A DNA stretch of 64,000 bases from Tepidisphaera sp. (lineage in GTDB: Bacteria; Planctomycetota; Phycisphaerae; Phycisphaerales; UBA1924). Below are positions 1 through 8,394 of the stretch, piece by piece. The stretch lies in NCBI GenBank assembly GCA_050916045.1, contig CP051526.1, forward strand, positions 160,001 through 224,000, in the 5' to 3' direction. The notes under the pieces were generated by a model, which saw nothing but the letters and a program-made list of their open reading frames with translations, did no database searches and had not been told where the DNA came from. How positions within the stretch are numbered: position 1 is the first letter of the stretch; each line of letters opens with the position of its first letter. Made by a program: the position numbers and the translations under genes.

Positions 1-1092
1 CTGGCATGCGCCGCCCGTGGGCAGTGCCCCCTCGAAGCGGTCGTGCTTCAGACCCCGACGGCATCGTTCACGCAGGACTGCGGCGGGTACACGCCGGCGG
101 GCGCCATCGACGCAAACCCCGCGACCGCGTGGGCGCTGGGTCGTTGCAGCGGCGGCGGGGATACCTCGCGGTCGGAGACGCTGGTATTTGAGACGCGCGA
201 CGATTTCGGCGGGCCGGGGCTGACCAGGCTTGTCGTGGATCTCTTCTCGGGGGGCGCGTTCTCGGGGACGAACCTGAGCGCCGGACGCCTGCTGATCTCG
301 TACACCCAGGCGAACCGTGACACCTTTGCGAACGGTGTTGCGGCGGGCGGTCAACTCGGCGCGGAGTGGACGCCGTTGGTGCCGACGATCGTGTTGGCGT
401 CGCGGGCGAACGCTTCGGGCGTGACGCAGCCGGCCAACGCTCAGCTTGATCCGACGGCGACGATCGGGCCTGACGGCACGATCCTGATCGGCGGGCCGAG
501 CCCCGAATTCGCGAACTACACGGTGATCGCGACGGTGCCTTCCGGCGTCGTGCGCGGAATTCGGCTCGACTTCATCGATTCCAACGGGACGTCGACGGCG
601 CCGGACGGCGGGCTACCGACGGGCGGGCCGGGTCGTCACGCGAACGGCAACATGCTGCTTCGGACGGTCGCGGTGCGTCAGTCGCGCCCGCTTTCGATCC
701 TGATCCATCCGGAGAGCGGCCGGGTGTGCTCGACGCGGCCGTGGCAGCTTTCGGTGACGGCGGACGGTCGCGGGCCGCTGACGTTCCAGTGGTATCGTGA
801 CGGAGCGGCGGTTGAGGGTGCGACGACGGCGTTCTACGTGACGTCGGTGCCGGGCCGCTACAACGTTCGGGTGCAGTCGTCCTGCGATTTCGCGGTAAGC
901 GAGGACGCAGTGCTCGAAGGGTGCTTGGCGGACGTGAACTGCGACCAGTTCGTGGATTTCTTTGACTACAACGAGTTCGTCGAGCTGTACCAGCTCGGCG
1001 ATATGCGATCGGACGCCAACCGCGACGGGTTCATCGATTTCTTCGACTATCTCGAGTACACGACGGCGTACCAGGAAGGCTGCCGGTTCTAA
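1..1092 (+). CDS. Secreted protein with Ig-like domain and C-terminal GC-type dockerin-like anchor (5' end probably outside window)
   Basis: Frame is open from base 1 (LACAARGQCPLEAVVLQTP..., resembling the end of a signal peptide). Ig-like motif 'LTFQWYRDG...GRYNVRV'. C-terminus 'CLADVNCDQFVDFFDY...DANRDGFIDFFDY...GC'. Confidence 0.8.
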   Translation: MACAARGQCPLEAVVLQTPTASFTQDCGGYTPAGAIDANPATAWALGRCSGGGDTSRSETLVFETRDDFGGPGLTRLVVDLFSGGAFSGTNLSAGRLLISYTQANRDTFANGVAAGGQLGAEWTPLVPTIVLASRANASGVTQPANAQLDPTATIGPDGTILIGGPSPEFANYTVIATVPSGVVRGIRLDFIDSNGTSTAPDGGLPTGGPGRHANGNMLLRTVAVRQSRPLSILIHPESGRVCSTRPWQLSVTADGRGPLTFQWYRDGAAVEGATTAFYVTSVPGRYNVRVQSSCDFAVSEDAVLEGCLADVNCDQFVDFFDYNEFVELYQLGDMRSDANRDGFIDFFDYLEYTTAYQEGCRF

Positions 1093-1112
1093 GCAAAGCC
1101 ATCTCGCCAAAG

Positions 1113-1146
1113 AAAGAGACCCCGGAGGCGGCCTCCGGGGTCTTTT
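1113..1146. terminator. Bidirectional intrinsic terminator
   Basis: Inverted repeat AGACCCCGGAGGC/GCCTCCGGGGTCT, A-rich 5' side and T tract 3' side, between convergent genes. Confidence 0.8.
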
Positions 1147-1170
1147 GCTGGACTGAGCTTGTGGTGTCGA

Positions 1171-1992
1171 TCAACGCTTGCGGCGGCCGACGGCGAGAGC
1201 GCCAAGACCGAGCAGAGCGACCGAGCCCGGAGTGGGCACCGCGACGCCGGAGCCGACCGCGACGATGTCAGGGCCGTTGAAGGCGCTGGTCGTCTGGATC
1301 CGGATGCCGACCAGGCCGTCCCACGAGTCGTCGAAGGAGATGCCCACGCCGTGCACCTGCTGCGCCCCGCCGATCTCGAGCGTGTCGAGGGTCCAGCCCA
1401 CGCGGGCCGTCTGGCTGCGGTTGATCAGAATGCCCGAGGTGAGCGAGCCGTCGGCGAAGATGCCAAAGACGCGGAAATCGCTGTTGCCGCCGCGCTCAAG
1501 CACCGAGAGTTCCATCGTGGACGAGTCGCCGTCGCTGTCGAGGAACTTGCCCGCGCCGTAGAACAGGTCGAGCGTGTACGCCCCGGCGTCCTCGCCGTCG
1601 ATGATCCACGACATGTTCTTGTACCCGTTGAATCCGCCGAAGACGTCGCGGAGCGTGCCCTTGCCCGCGCCTTCGTCGGGCATCGCGGACGAGCCGTCGG
1701 CCCGGTCCGGGTTGGCCGAGAACGCGTTGCCGCCCGTGTTCATGTCGCGCGTGACCAGGTCCGTCCAGCCGTAGGTGCCGACGTTGTTGATCAGCCGGCC
1801 GCTTTCCCACTGCGTGAAGTTCACGCCGCCCATGAGGTTGGACGAACCCGCGAACCCGAGGCTCACGATCTCACGGTCACCGCCGTGCATCATGGACGCG
1901 GTTTTGGAGCTGTCCGCTCCGGCCGTCGTGATTCCCGCCGACGCGACGGAGCAGATCATGCCCGCCGCCACCACCATAAGAACGTTCTTCAT
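1171..1992 (-). CDS. PEP-CTERM-type (PTPG variant) sorting-signal surface protein
   Basis: Signal peptide MKNVLMVVAAGMICSVASA; C-terminal VPTPGSVALLGLGALAVGRRKR. Confidence 0.85.
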   Translation of the reverse strand: MKNVLMVVAAGMICSVASAGITTAGADSSKTASMMHGGDREIVSLGFAGSSNLMGGVNFTQWESGRLINNVGTYGWTDLVTRDMNTGGNAFSANPDRADGSSAMPDEGAGKGTLRDVFGGFNGYKNMSWIIDGEDAGAYTLDLFYGAGKFLDSDGDSSTMELSVLERGGNSDFRVFGIFADGSLTSGILINRSQTARVGWTLDTLEIGGAQQVHGVGISFDDSWDGLVGIRIQTTSAFNGPDIVAVGSGVAVPTPGSVALLGLGALAVGRRKR

Positions 1993-2233
1993 CTCTTTGT
2001 CTCCCTGTTGCCGCCGTCAGGCGGCCTCTCCTCTCAACATGCCGCGAACCCCGGCCCCAAGCCACTCCCAGGACCAATTCCGCGGCAACTCTCACTCCCG
2101 GCCCCGGCGCAGGCCCTCCAGCCCGCACCGAGTTCACAGCTCCACCAGAGCCGTGTCCGAGAACCTTTCATGAAAAAACGGGCCACATCGTGGTGACATA
2201 GCCCGTTGAACACATTCGGAATGTCGTCGCGGA

Positions 2234-2446
2234 TTACCGGCGACGGCGTCCGACGCACAGACCCGCCAGGCCCAGCAGAGCCATGCTGCCCGGGGTCGGC
2301 GTGATGAACGACTCGCTCTCGCCGTTCGCGAACGCGATGACGTGCATGCCGACGCGCAGCGAACCGTTGTTCATCGCGCTGAGCACGCTGGCGTACGTCC
2401 CGCCGTTGATCAGGTTGAAGGTCAGAACCAGTGTTTCGAACAGTCT
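2234..2446 (-). pseudogene. 5'-truncated PEP-CTERM-type protein (C-terminal ~70 aa only)
   Basis: Ends in ITPTPGSMALLGLAGLCVGRRRR, but there is no signal peptide; the upstream sequence looks like a promoter/UTR. Confidence 0.65.
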
Positions 2447-2487
2447 CTCGGCGGCCCGGTTTCCCGGTCCGCTCTCTCTCAGTACGC

Positions 2488-2516
2488 ATTGTCTTCCAAA
2501 GAGATGCTTGGGGCAA
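2488..2516 (-). promoter_or_regulatory. Putative sigma70 promoter of the truncated PEP-CTERM gene
   Basis: TTGCCC-N17-GACAAT on the minus strand. Confidence 0.4.
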
Positions 2517-2651
2517 GAGGCGAAGCGCAAGAATCGCCGATTCCGCAGGAGTTGTCGGGTTTCTCGGTCTATAGGAGGGTCCGGGAAGTGAGTGATCGGG
2601 TTTTGTTTGCTTTGGCGGGACCGTGGCTCGCGCGGCTATCCTCACATCCCA

Positions 2652-4415
2652 ATGCCCACCATCACCATCAACGGGAAGAAGTGCGAGTTCACGCCGGGCC
2701 AGACGATCCTTCAGGTCGCCAACGCCCAGGGCACCGAGATCCCGCAGTACTGCTATCACGACGGGCTTTCCATCGTGGCGTCCTGCCGCATCTGCCTGGC
2801 GGAGATCTGGTCGCCCGATGCCAAGACGGGCCAGTTGATGCCGCAGATGGGCGGCAAGCTTCAGCCCACGTGCCAGACCCCCGCCACCGACGGCGCGGTG
2901 GTCTACACCGACTCGCCCAAGTCGGTCGCGAACCAGAAATCGGTGATGGAGTTCCTGCTCATCAACCACCCGCTTGACTGCCCGGTCTGCGACCAGGCCG
3001 GCGAGTGCTACCTGCAGGACTATTCGTACGAGTACGGCCGTGGCGTCTCGCGGTTTGAGGAGACGAAGGTCAAGCAGCCCAAGAAGGACCTTGGCCCGCA
3101 CGTCCTGCTTTATTCCGACCGCTGCATCATGTGCACCCGCTGCGTGCGGTTCACGAAGGAAGTGACCGGGACGAGCGAGCTGATGGTCGCGGGCCGCGGC
3201 AACAAGGAAGAAATCGACGTGTTCCCGGGGATCCCGCTCGCCAATGAGCTCTCCGCGAACGTGACGGACCTCTGCCCGGTCGGCGCGCTGCTCGACAAGG
3301 ACTTCCTGTTCGCCCAGCGCGTCTGGTTCCTCAAGAGCACGCCCTCCATCGACGGCATCACCGCCAGCGGCGACAACATCTTCGTCGAGCACAACCAGGG
3401 CAGCGTCTACCGCATCAAGCCCCGGGCCAATCTCGCCGTCAACAAGTGGTGGATCACCGACGAGGTCCGCTACGGCTGGAAGCACGTTCACGCGAGCAAC
3501 CGCCTCCGCACCCCGTACCGCCGCCAGTACGGCACCCTCATCGAGAGCGACTTCGCCCGCGCGTACGAGATCGTGATCGAGGGCGTCAAGAAAGCCGTCG
3601 CTTCCGGGAAGAAATCCGCCCTCATGGTTTCGCCCATGCTCCCGTGCGAGGAAGCGTTCCTGCTCGCCAAGCTCGTCAAGCAGCTCGACCCGGGAGCCGT
3701 CTTCGCCGTCGGTCCCGTTCCCTTCAAGGGCCAGGACAAGACCTTCCCCGCCGGCATCGATCCGTCGGACAAGAAGGCTTTCACGATGTACGCGGAGAAA
3801 GCCCCCAACGCCCGCGGCGTGCGGCGCGTCCTCTCCGCATTCGGCCCCGTGCTCGAGTTCGCCGACTTCCTCAAAGCCTTGGGCGAGGGCACCGGCCGGA
3901 GCGACATCGGCGCCGCGATCGTGACCGGCAACTATCCGTCCGAGTGGGTCCCGGCTTCGCTCGAGAGCGCCCTTGCGGGCAAGTTCGTCGCCCTCATCGA
4001 CACGCACGAGTCCTCGCTGATGTCCCGTGCGGACATCGTTCTTCCCGGCGCGACGTGGGTTGAGAAAGCCGGCACCTTCGAGAACGCCCGCGGCATGCTC
4101 CAGGCGTTCGAGCAGGCGATTCCGGTCATCGAGCTCGCCAAGACGGAGGGGCAGCTCGCCCTCGACATGTTCGCCGAGCTCGCGAACGTGCCGGTGAAAG
4201 CCGGGGAAGCGACGTGGCAGGTCGTCGAGACCACCAAGGGCCAGGTGGCCGCCGCCGTCGAAACCGCTCCCGCCCGCGCGAAAGCCTACAACGCCGCGAA
4301 CACCCGGATCGAGATGGCCCGCGAGCATCCGACCCTCGCCGTGTTCGCGACCGGCGTCGCGACGCCTCATCTTCCGCCCGTGGCCAAGTCCGATATGCCG
4401 ATGATCGAGCTCTGA
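2652..4415 (+). CDS. nuoG: NADH-quinone oxidoreductase subunit G-like (2Fe-2S/4Fe-4S, molybdopterin-oxidoreductase fold)
   Basis: Motifs YCYHDGLSIVASCRICL, HPLDCPVCDQAGECYLQD, CIMCTRCVRF, DLCPVGAL; start set at MPTITING. Confidence 0.9.
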   Translation: MPTITINGKKCEFTPGQTILQVANAQGTEIPQYCYHDGLSIVASCRICLAEIWSPDAKTGQLMPQMGGKLQPTCQTPATDGAVVYTDSPKSVANQKSVMEFLLINHPLDCPVCDQAGECYLQDYSYEYGRGVSRFEETKVKQPKKDLGPHVLLYSDRCIMCTRCVRFTKEVTGTSELMVAGRGNKEEIDVFPGIPLANELSANVTDLCPVGALLDKDFLFAQRVWFLKSTPSIDGITASGDNIFVEHNQGSVYRIKPRANLAVNKWWITDEVRYGWKHVHASNRLRTPYRRQYGTLIESDFARAYEIVIEGVKKAVASGKKSALMVSPMLPCEEAFLLAKLVKQLDPGAVFAVGPVPFKGQDKTFPAGIDPSDKKAFTMYAEKAPNARGVRRVLSAFGPVLEFADFLKALGEGTGRSDIGAAIVTGNYPSEWVPASLESALAGKFVALIDTHESSLMSRADIVLPGATWVEKAGTFENARGMLQAFEQAIPVIELAKTEGQLALDMFAELANVPVKAGEATWQVVETTKGQVAAAVETAPARAKAYNAANTRIEMAREHPTLAVFATGVATPHLPPVAKSDMPMIEL

Positions 4416-4455
4416 GCAGCATGAACCTCGCCGCCGCCGGCCGGTACACCATGGC

Positions 4456-4806
4456 ATGAACGGCTTCATCATCGTGGTCATCGCGGCAACCGTTGCAGTT
4501 CTTGTCGGCATCTTCGCCTACATGGCGATCGCCGCTTCCCGGTCGAGCCGGACGGAGCGTTCAGAGTCAAGCGGCGCCGCTTCGTCCGACGGCGGCTCCG
4601 CGCCAATCTGGCCCTTGGCCGCGGCCGCAAGCGTCGACACCCCGAGCGACCACCCCTCTCGAGACGATGGCCCGCAGCAGGATCCTCATCGCGGACCGGC
4701 CGGTTCGTCGGGGTTCGATGTCGAGTACGGTGGGGGTAGTGACTCCGGTGGAAGCGATGGCGGCGGCGGTGGTGGAGATGGTGGTGGCGGTGGTGGGGGC
4801 GACTGA
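4456..4806 (+). CDS. Small membrane protein with Gly/Asp/Ser-rich tail
   Basis: N-terminal TM helix; C-terminus GGSDSGGSDGGGGGGDGGGGGGGD. Confidence 0.65.
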   Translation: MNGFIIVVIAATVAVLVGIFAYMAIAASRSSRTERSESSGAASSDGGSAPIWPLAAAASVDTPSDHPSRDDGPQQDPHRGPAGSSGFDVEYGGGSDSGGSDGGGGGGDGGGGGGGD

Positions 4807-4829
4807 CCGAGCGCTAGGATCTTCCGCTC

Positions 4830-5006
4830 ATGTGGACCGAGATCCTCATCTTCTCCGCGATCACGGTCGTCTTCGGCGTCTTCGGCACCCTCGCGTGGTG
4901 GAAGCTCGCCGATGGATGGGTCACCGAAGAGCATCGCCGCTTCAAGTCCAAGCCGACCTCGTCCACGCCGGGCATCGTCATCAAGAACATCAAGGATGAG
5001 CCGTGA
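4830..5006 (+). CDS. 58-aa single-TM protein (not in ORF track)
   Basis: MWTEILIFSAITVVFGVFGTLAWWKLADGWVTEEHRRFKSKPTSSTPGIVIKNIKDEP*; high-GC3 codons. Confidence 0.65.
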   Translation: MWTEILIFSAITVVFGVFGTLAWWKLADGWVTEEHRRFKSKPTSSTPGIVIKNIKDEP

Positions 5007-5116
5007 CGTGGGCCGACCTGTTCTTCGGCTCGCTGCTCGCCATCTTCTGCATCGGCGGGCTTCTGATTCGGCGGCATGTTGGCGGGCTTGATCGCAAACC
5101 CAACAGCCGGAGGTGA
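5003..5116 (+). CDS. 37-aa single-TM peptide (not in ORF track)
   Basis: GTGA overlap with the preceding stop; MTWADLFFGSLLAIFCIGGLLIRRHVGGLDRKPNSRR*. Confidence 0.5.
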   Translation: MTWADLFFGSLLAIFCIGGLLIRRHVGGLDRKPNSRR

Positions 5117-5119
5117 CCG

Positions 5120-5404
5120 ATGAACCTCGTGAGCATCTCTTCAGCGATCGCGCGAACGCTGCTCTTTGTCTTCTGCCTTTGGGTGCTCAATATCCCGACG
5201 GCGTTCGTCATTCAGCTGTTCAGGGCCGATCTCGAAGCCCTCGGCGATGACCATCCGCTGCCCACGTGGGCCGCCGCGCCCGTCGTGCTTCTGCTGGTGC
5301 TGCTTCCCTCGCCGATCGCGTGGCGATGGGCGGGCCTTCGCAAGCAAGCGACCGCCAAGACCGATGAAAACGGCCGAGAACATGATCTTTCGCGACGGTC
5401 TTGA
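5120..5404 (+). CDS. Small two-TM membrane protein
   Basis: GGAGG SD upstream; two hydrophobic segments. Confidence 0.6.
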   Translation: MNLVSISSAIARTLLFVFCLWVLNIPTAFVIQLFRADLEALGDDHPLPTWAAAPVVLLLVLLPSPIAWRWAGLRKQATAKTDENGREHDLSRRS

Positions 5405-5428
5405 CTCGTTCGCGAACGCGTGTAGAGT
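5401..5428 (+). promoter_or_regulatory. sigma70 promoter of the cysteine operon leader
   Basis: TTGACT (5401-5406)-N16-TAGAGT (5423-5428); predicted start site falls at or near the A of ATG 5436. Confidence 0.6.
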
Positions 5429-5435
5429 CTTCTCG

Positions 5436-5471
5436 ATGGCCATCTGCTGTCAACCCGGCTGTTGTTGTTGA
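5436..5471 (+). CDS. Polycysteine leader peptide MAICCQPGCCC (putative Cys-sensing attenuator)
   Basis: ATG GCC ATC TGC TGT CAA CCC GGC TGT TGT TGT TGA; 5 of 11 codons are Cys; 140 nt upstream of cysteine synthase. Confidence 0.75.
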   Translation: MAICCQPGCCC

Positions 5472-5611
5472 GGGACGCGAACTCCGCGAACCCTCCGACG
5501 CTGATCTGATTCAATCCGGTTGACCCGCCGTCCCCCCTCTCATCTGAACGCTTTCCTCACACCGTCCGTGCAGCGCCCTCACGCCGCATCGGTCGACCAA
5601 GGCATCCCGCC

Positions 5612-6577
5612 ATGGACCGCGCACTCCGCGTGTACGACAACCTCTCGCAGATGGTCCCAAGCGTCGAAGACCCGACGCCTCTGGTCCGCATCAACCGCCT
5701 GAATCCGAACGCGGAGACCTTCCCGCTCTTCGCCAAGCTCGAGTGGTACAACCCCACCGGCTCGGTGAAGGATCGTGCCGCGTGGGCGATGATCCAGGAT
5801 CTCGAGAGGCGGTCGAACGGCTCGCCGCTCCGCATCGTGGAGCCCACAAGCGGCAACACGGGCCTCGCGCTCGCGGCTCTTGGAGGCTCGCGTGGCCACT
5901 CCGTCCGCGTGGTTGTTCCGGCGAAGGTTCCGGCCGAAAAACGCACGCTTCTGCGGCTTGCGGGTGCCCAGGTCGATGTGATCAACGATCAGCTTTGCCC
6001 CGCGCCGGGTCTTGGCGAGGGCGCGATCAACCTCGCGATGACCTACGCCCGAGCCCAGGGCTACGCGCTGCCGAACCAGTACGAGAACGCGCTCAACGCC
6101 GAAGCCCATGAGCGGACGACGGGCCCGGAGATCTGGAAGCAGACGCAGGGCAAGGTGACGCACGTCTTCGCCGCGCTGGGCACCTGCGGGACCATCACCG
6201 GCCTCTCTCGATTCCTCCGCTCCCGGAACCCCTCGATCAAGATCATCGCGATTCAGCCGACGCCCGGACACGATGTCCCTGGCCTTCGGAACACCTCAGA
6301 ACTCGCGGTGAGCAAGCTCTACGACCCCTCGCTTGTCGATGAGGTCGTGGAGGTCGAGCACAAGCTCGCATACCCCCGAGCGGCGGAGCTTTTCCGCGTC
6401 GAGGGGCTTCGAGCGGGGCCCGGGAGCGGCCTGATCTTCGAGGGAGCCCGGCGGGTGATCGCTCGCGAGAGCGCCGCGTCCCGCGTGGGCCACGCCGTCG
6501 CGATCTTCTGCGACGACGCGTTCAAGTACGCAGCGTCGTTCGAGAAGCACCTCCCCGACCTGAAGGAGCACGCATGA
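5612..6577 (+). CDS. PLP-dependent cysteine synthase (CysK/CysM family)
   Basis: AKLEWYNPTGSVKDR, VEPTSGNTG, NQYEN, GTCGTITG motifs. Confidence 0.9.
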   Translation: MDRALRVYDNLSQMVPSVEDPTPLVRINRLNPNAETFPLFAKLEWYNPTGSVKDRAAWAMIQDLERRSNGSPLRIVEPTSGNTGLALAALGGSRGHSVRVVVPAKVPAEKRTLLRLAGAQVDVINDQLCPAPGLGEGAINLAMTYARAQGYALPNQYENALNAEAHERTTGPEIWKQTQGKVTHVFAALGTCGTITGLSRFLRSRNPSIKIIAIQPTPGHDVPGLRNTSELAVSKLYDPSLVDEVVEVEHKLAYPRAAELFRVEGLRAGPGSGLIFEGARRVIARESAASRVGHAVAIFCDDAFKYAASFEKHLPDLKEHA

Positions 6578-6710
6578 GCCATCCGCGGCATCCCAGGTTC
6601 AAGATCGACTGTTGACGGCGCTCGTTCGCACGCTTCCTCGTTCGCGCACGCACCTCACGCATCACATCAAGCACCAACAACACGCCGCACGCACGCGGCA
6701 CGGAGATCCC

Positions 6711-7619
6711 ATGTCCACGATCAATCCCCATGTTCAGTACGCCCATCCCGAAGTGCTCGTCGACGCCCAGTGGCTTCGGGCACACCTCCACGAACCCCGC
6801 GTCCGCGTCGTCGAGGTCGATGTCGACACCAAGCAGTATGACGCGGGCCACATCCCCGGGGCCGTCGCTTTCAACTGGCAGACCCAGCTTCAGGATCAGG
6901 TGACGCGCGACATCCTGAGCAAGCCCGCGTTTGAGGCTCTTCTCAGCACTGCGGGCATCCGGCCTGAGGACACCATCGTCCTCTATGGCGACAACCACAA
7001 CTGGTTCGCGGCGTACGCGTTCTGGCTGTTCAAGGTCTATGGCCACGCGGACGTCCGGCTGCTCAACGGCGGGCGCGGCAAGTGGCTTTCGGATTCGGAG
7101 AACCCCCTGACGAACGCACGGTCGGAGCACGCGCCGTCCAAGTACCGAGTCTCGGGGATCAACGCGTTGCTTAGGGCGAGGCTTGGCGAGGTGCTCGACA
7201 TCGCGTCGAGCGGTCGGTCCAAGCTTGTCGACGTCCGGTCCCCGGACGAGTACGCCGGCAAGATCATCGCTCCACCCGGCCTCTCCGAGACGGCCCAGCG
7301 GCCCGGCCGAATCCCCGGGGCGCGGTCGGCGCCGTGGTCCCAAGCCGTGAGTGCCGACGGCACGTTCAAGCCGCGAGCGTTGCTCGAAGATCTCTACCTC
7401 AACCAGCTTGGCCTGAGGCAGGACACCGAAACCGTGACCTACTGCCGTATCGGTGAGCGTTCAAGCCACACGTGGTTCGTGCTCACCTACCTCTTGGGTT
7501 TCAAAAAGGTCAAGAACTACGACGGGTCTTGGACCGAGTACGGGAATCTGATCGGCGCGCCGATCGAAAGAGAGACGGTGAACGAGCCCGCGGATCAGAC
7601 CCGCCAAGCCGTCGCCTGA
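6711..7619 (+). CDS. Tandem-rhodanese thiosulfate sulfurtransferase (CysA2/SseA type)
   Basis: YDAGHIPGA; active-site loop YCRIGERSSHTWF; NYDGSWTEYG; GGAG SD before MSTINP. Confidence 0.9.
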   Translation: MSTINPHVQYAHPEVLVDAQWLRAHLHEPRVRVVEVDVDTKQYDAGHIPGAVAFNWQTQLQDQVTRDILSKPAFEALLSTAGIRPEDTIVLYGDNHNWFAAYAFWLFKVYGHADVRLLNGGRGKWLSDSENPLTNARSEHAPSKYRVSGINALLRARLGEVLDIASSGRSKLVDVRSPDEYAGKIIAPPGLSETAQRPGRIPGARSAPWSQAVSADGTFKPRALLEDLYLNQLGLRQDTETVTYCRIGERSSHTWFVLTYLLGFKKVKNYDGSWTEYGNLIGAPIERETVNEPADQTRQAVA

Positions 7620-7655
7620 GAACTCCGCTCGCGGAGGAAGGAGAGACCTTCGTGG

Positions 7656-7690
7656 AGGAGGACCGGGGTTCGCGCCCCGGTCCTCCATTT
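7656..7690 (+). terminator. Hairpin terminator after sulfurtransferase
   Basis: GGAGGACCGGGG/CCCCGGTCCTCC stem followed by ATTT. Confidence 0.6.
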
Positions 7691-7789
7691 CCGGGCTCGT
7701 GTTTGCGCAAGATCGGCCCGTGGGGCGCCATCCGGGCTTTCGCCGTCGATCGGTCTGGGAATCCCGCGCCGTTCGAGTACACTGTGCGT

Positions 7790-8362
7790 ATGGCGATCAA
7801 GGTACTGGCGTTCTCGGGAAGCATGCGTCAAGCGTCGTTCAACACGGCGATCGTTCGGATCGCCGCGGAAGGCGCTCGCGCCGCGGGAGCCGAGGTCACC
7901 GTCGTCGAGCTTCGTGACTTCCCCATGCCCCTCTACGACGGCGATCAGGAAGCCGCGACCGGCATGCCCGAGCACGCCAAGCGGTTCAAGCAGCTTCTGC
8001 TCTCGCATCAGGCGATGCTGATCGCTTCGCCCGAGCACAACAGCTGTTTCTCCGCAGCGCTCAAGAACGCTTTGGACTGGGCGAGCCGGTCCGCTCCGGG
8101 TGAGCCGGGGCTTGCGGCGTTTGCCGGAAAGGCGGCGGCTATTTGCGCCGCTTCGCCGGGCGGGCTGGGCGGCGCACGCGGGCTCTTCCCGCTTCGCGGA
8201 CTGCTCGCGGGCTTGGGCGTGATCGTGCTCCCGCAGCAGGTCACGATTTCCAAAGCCGGCGAAGCGATCGAACGCGGTGCGTGCAAGGACCCCAAGCAGC
8301 ACCAGTCGCTTCTGGATCTCGGGGCGCGGCTCGCGGAGGTCGCAAGGAAGCTCAACGGATAG
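7790..8362 (+). CDS. NADPH-dependent FMN reductase
   Basis: MAIKVLAFSGSMR, ASPEHN, ALKNALDWASR, ASPGGLGG. Confidence 0.88.
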   Translation: MAIKVLAFSGSMRQASFNTAIVRIAAEGARAAGAEVTVVELRDFPMPLYDGDQEAATGMPEHAKRFKQLLLSHQAMLIASPEHNSCFSAALKNALDWASRSAPGEPGLAAFAGKAAAICAASPGGLGGARGLFPLRGLLAGLGVIVLPQQVTISKAGEAIERGACKDPKQHQSLLDLGARLAEVARKLNG

Positions 8363-8394
8363 ACGGCGCGTCAACCGTGCGGAAGGAGGGTTCG

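Noticed and set aside
7472..7789. N-terminal extensions offered by the ORF track for FMN reductase (also nuoG, sulfurtransferase, M28, tpsB, hcp, tssE, PAAR, dnaN)
   Set aside because: Extensions overlap upstream genes, promoters or terminators; family motifs or SD sites point to later starts
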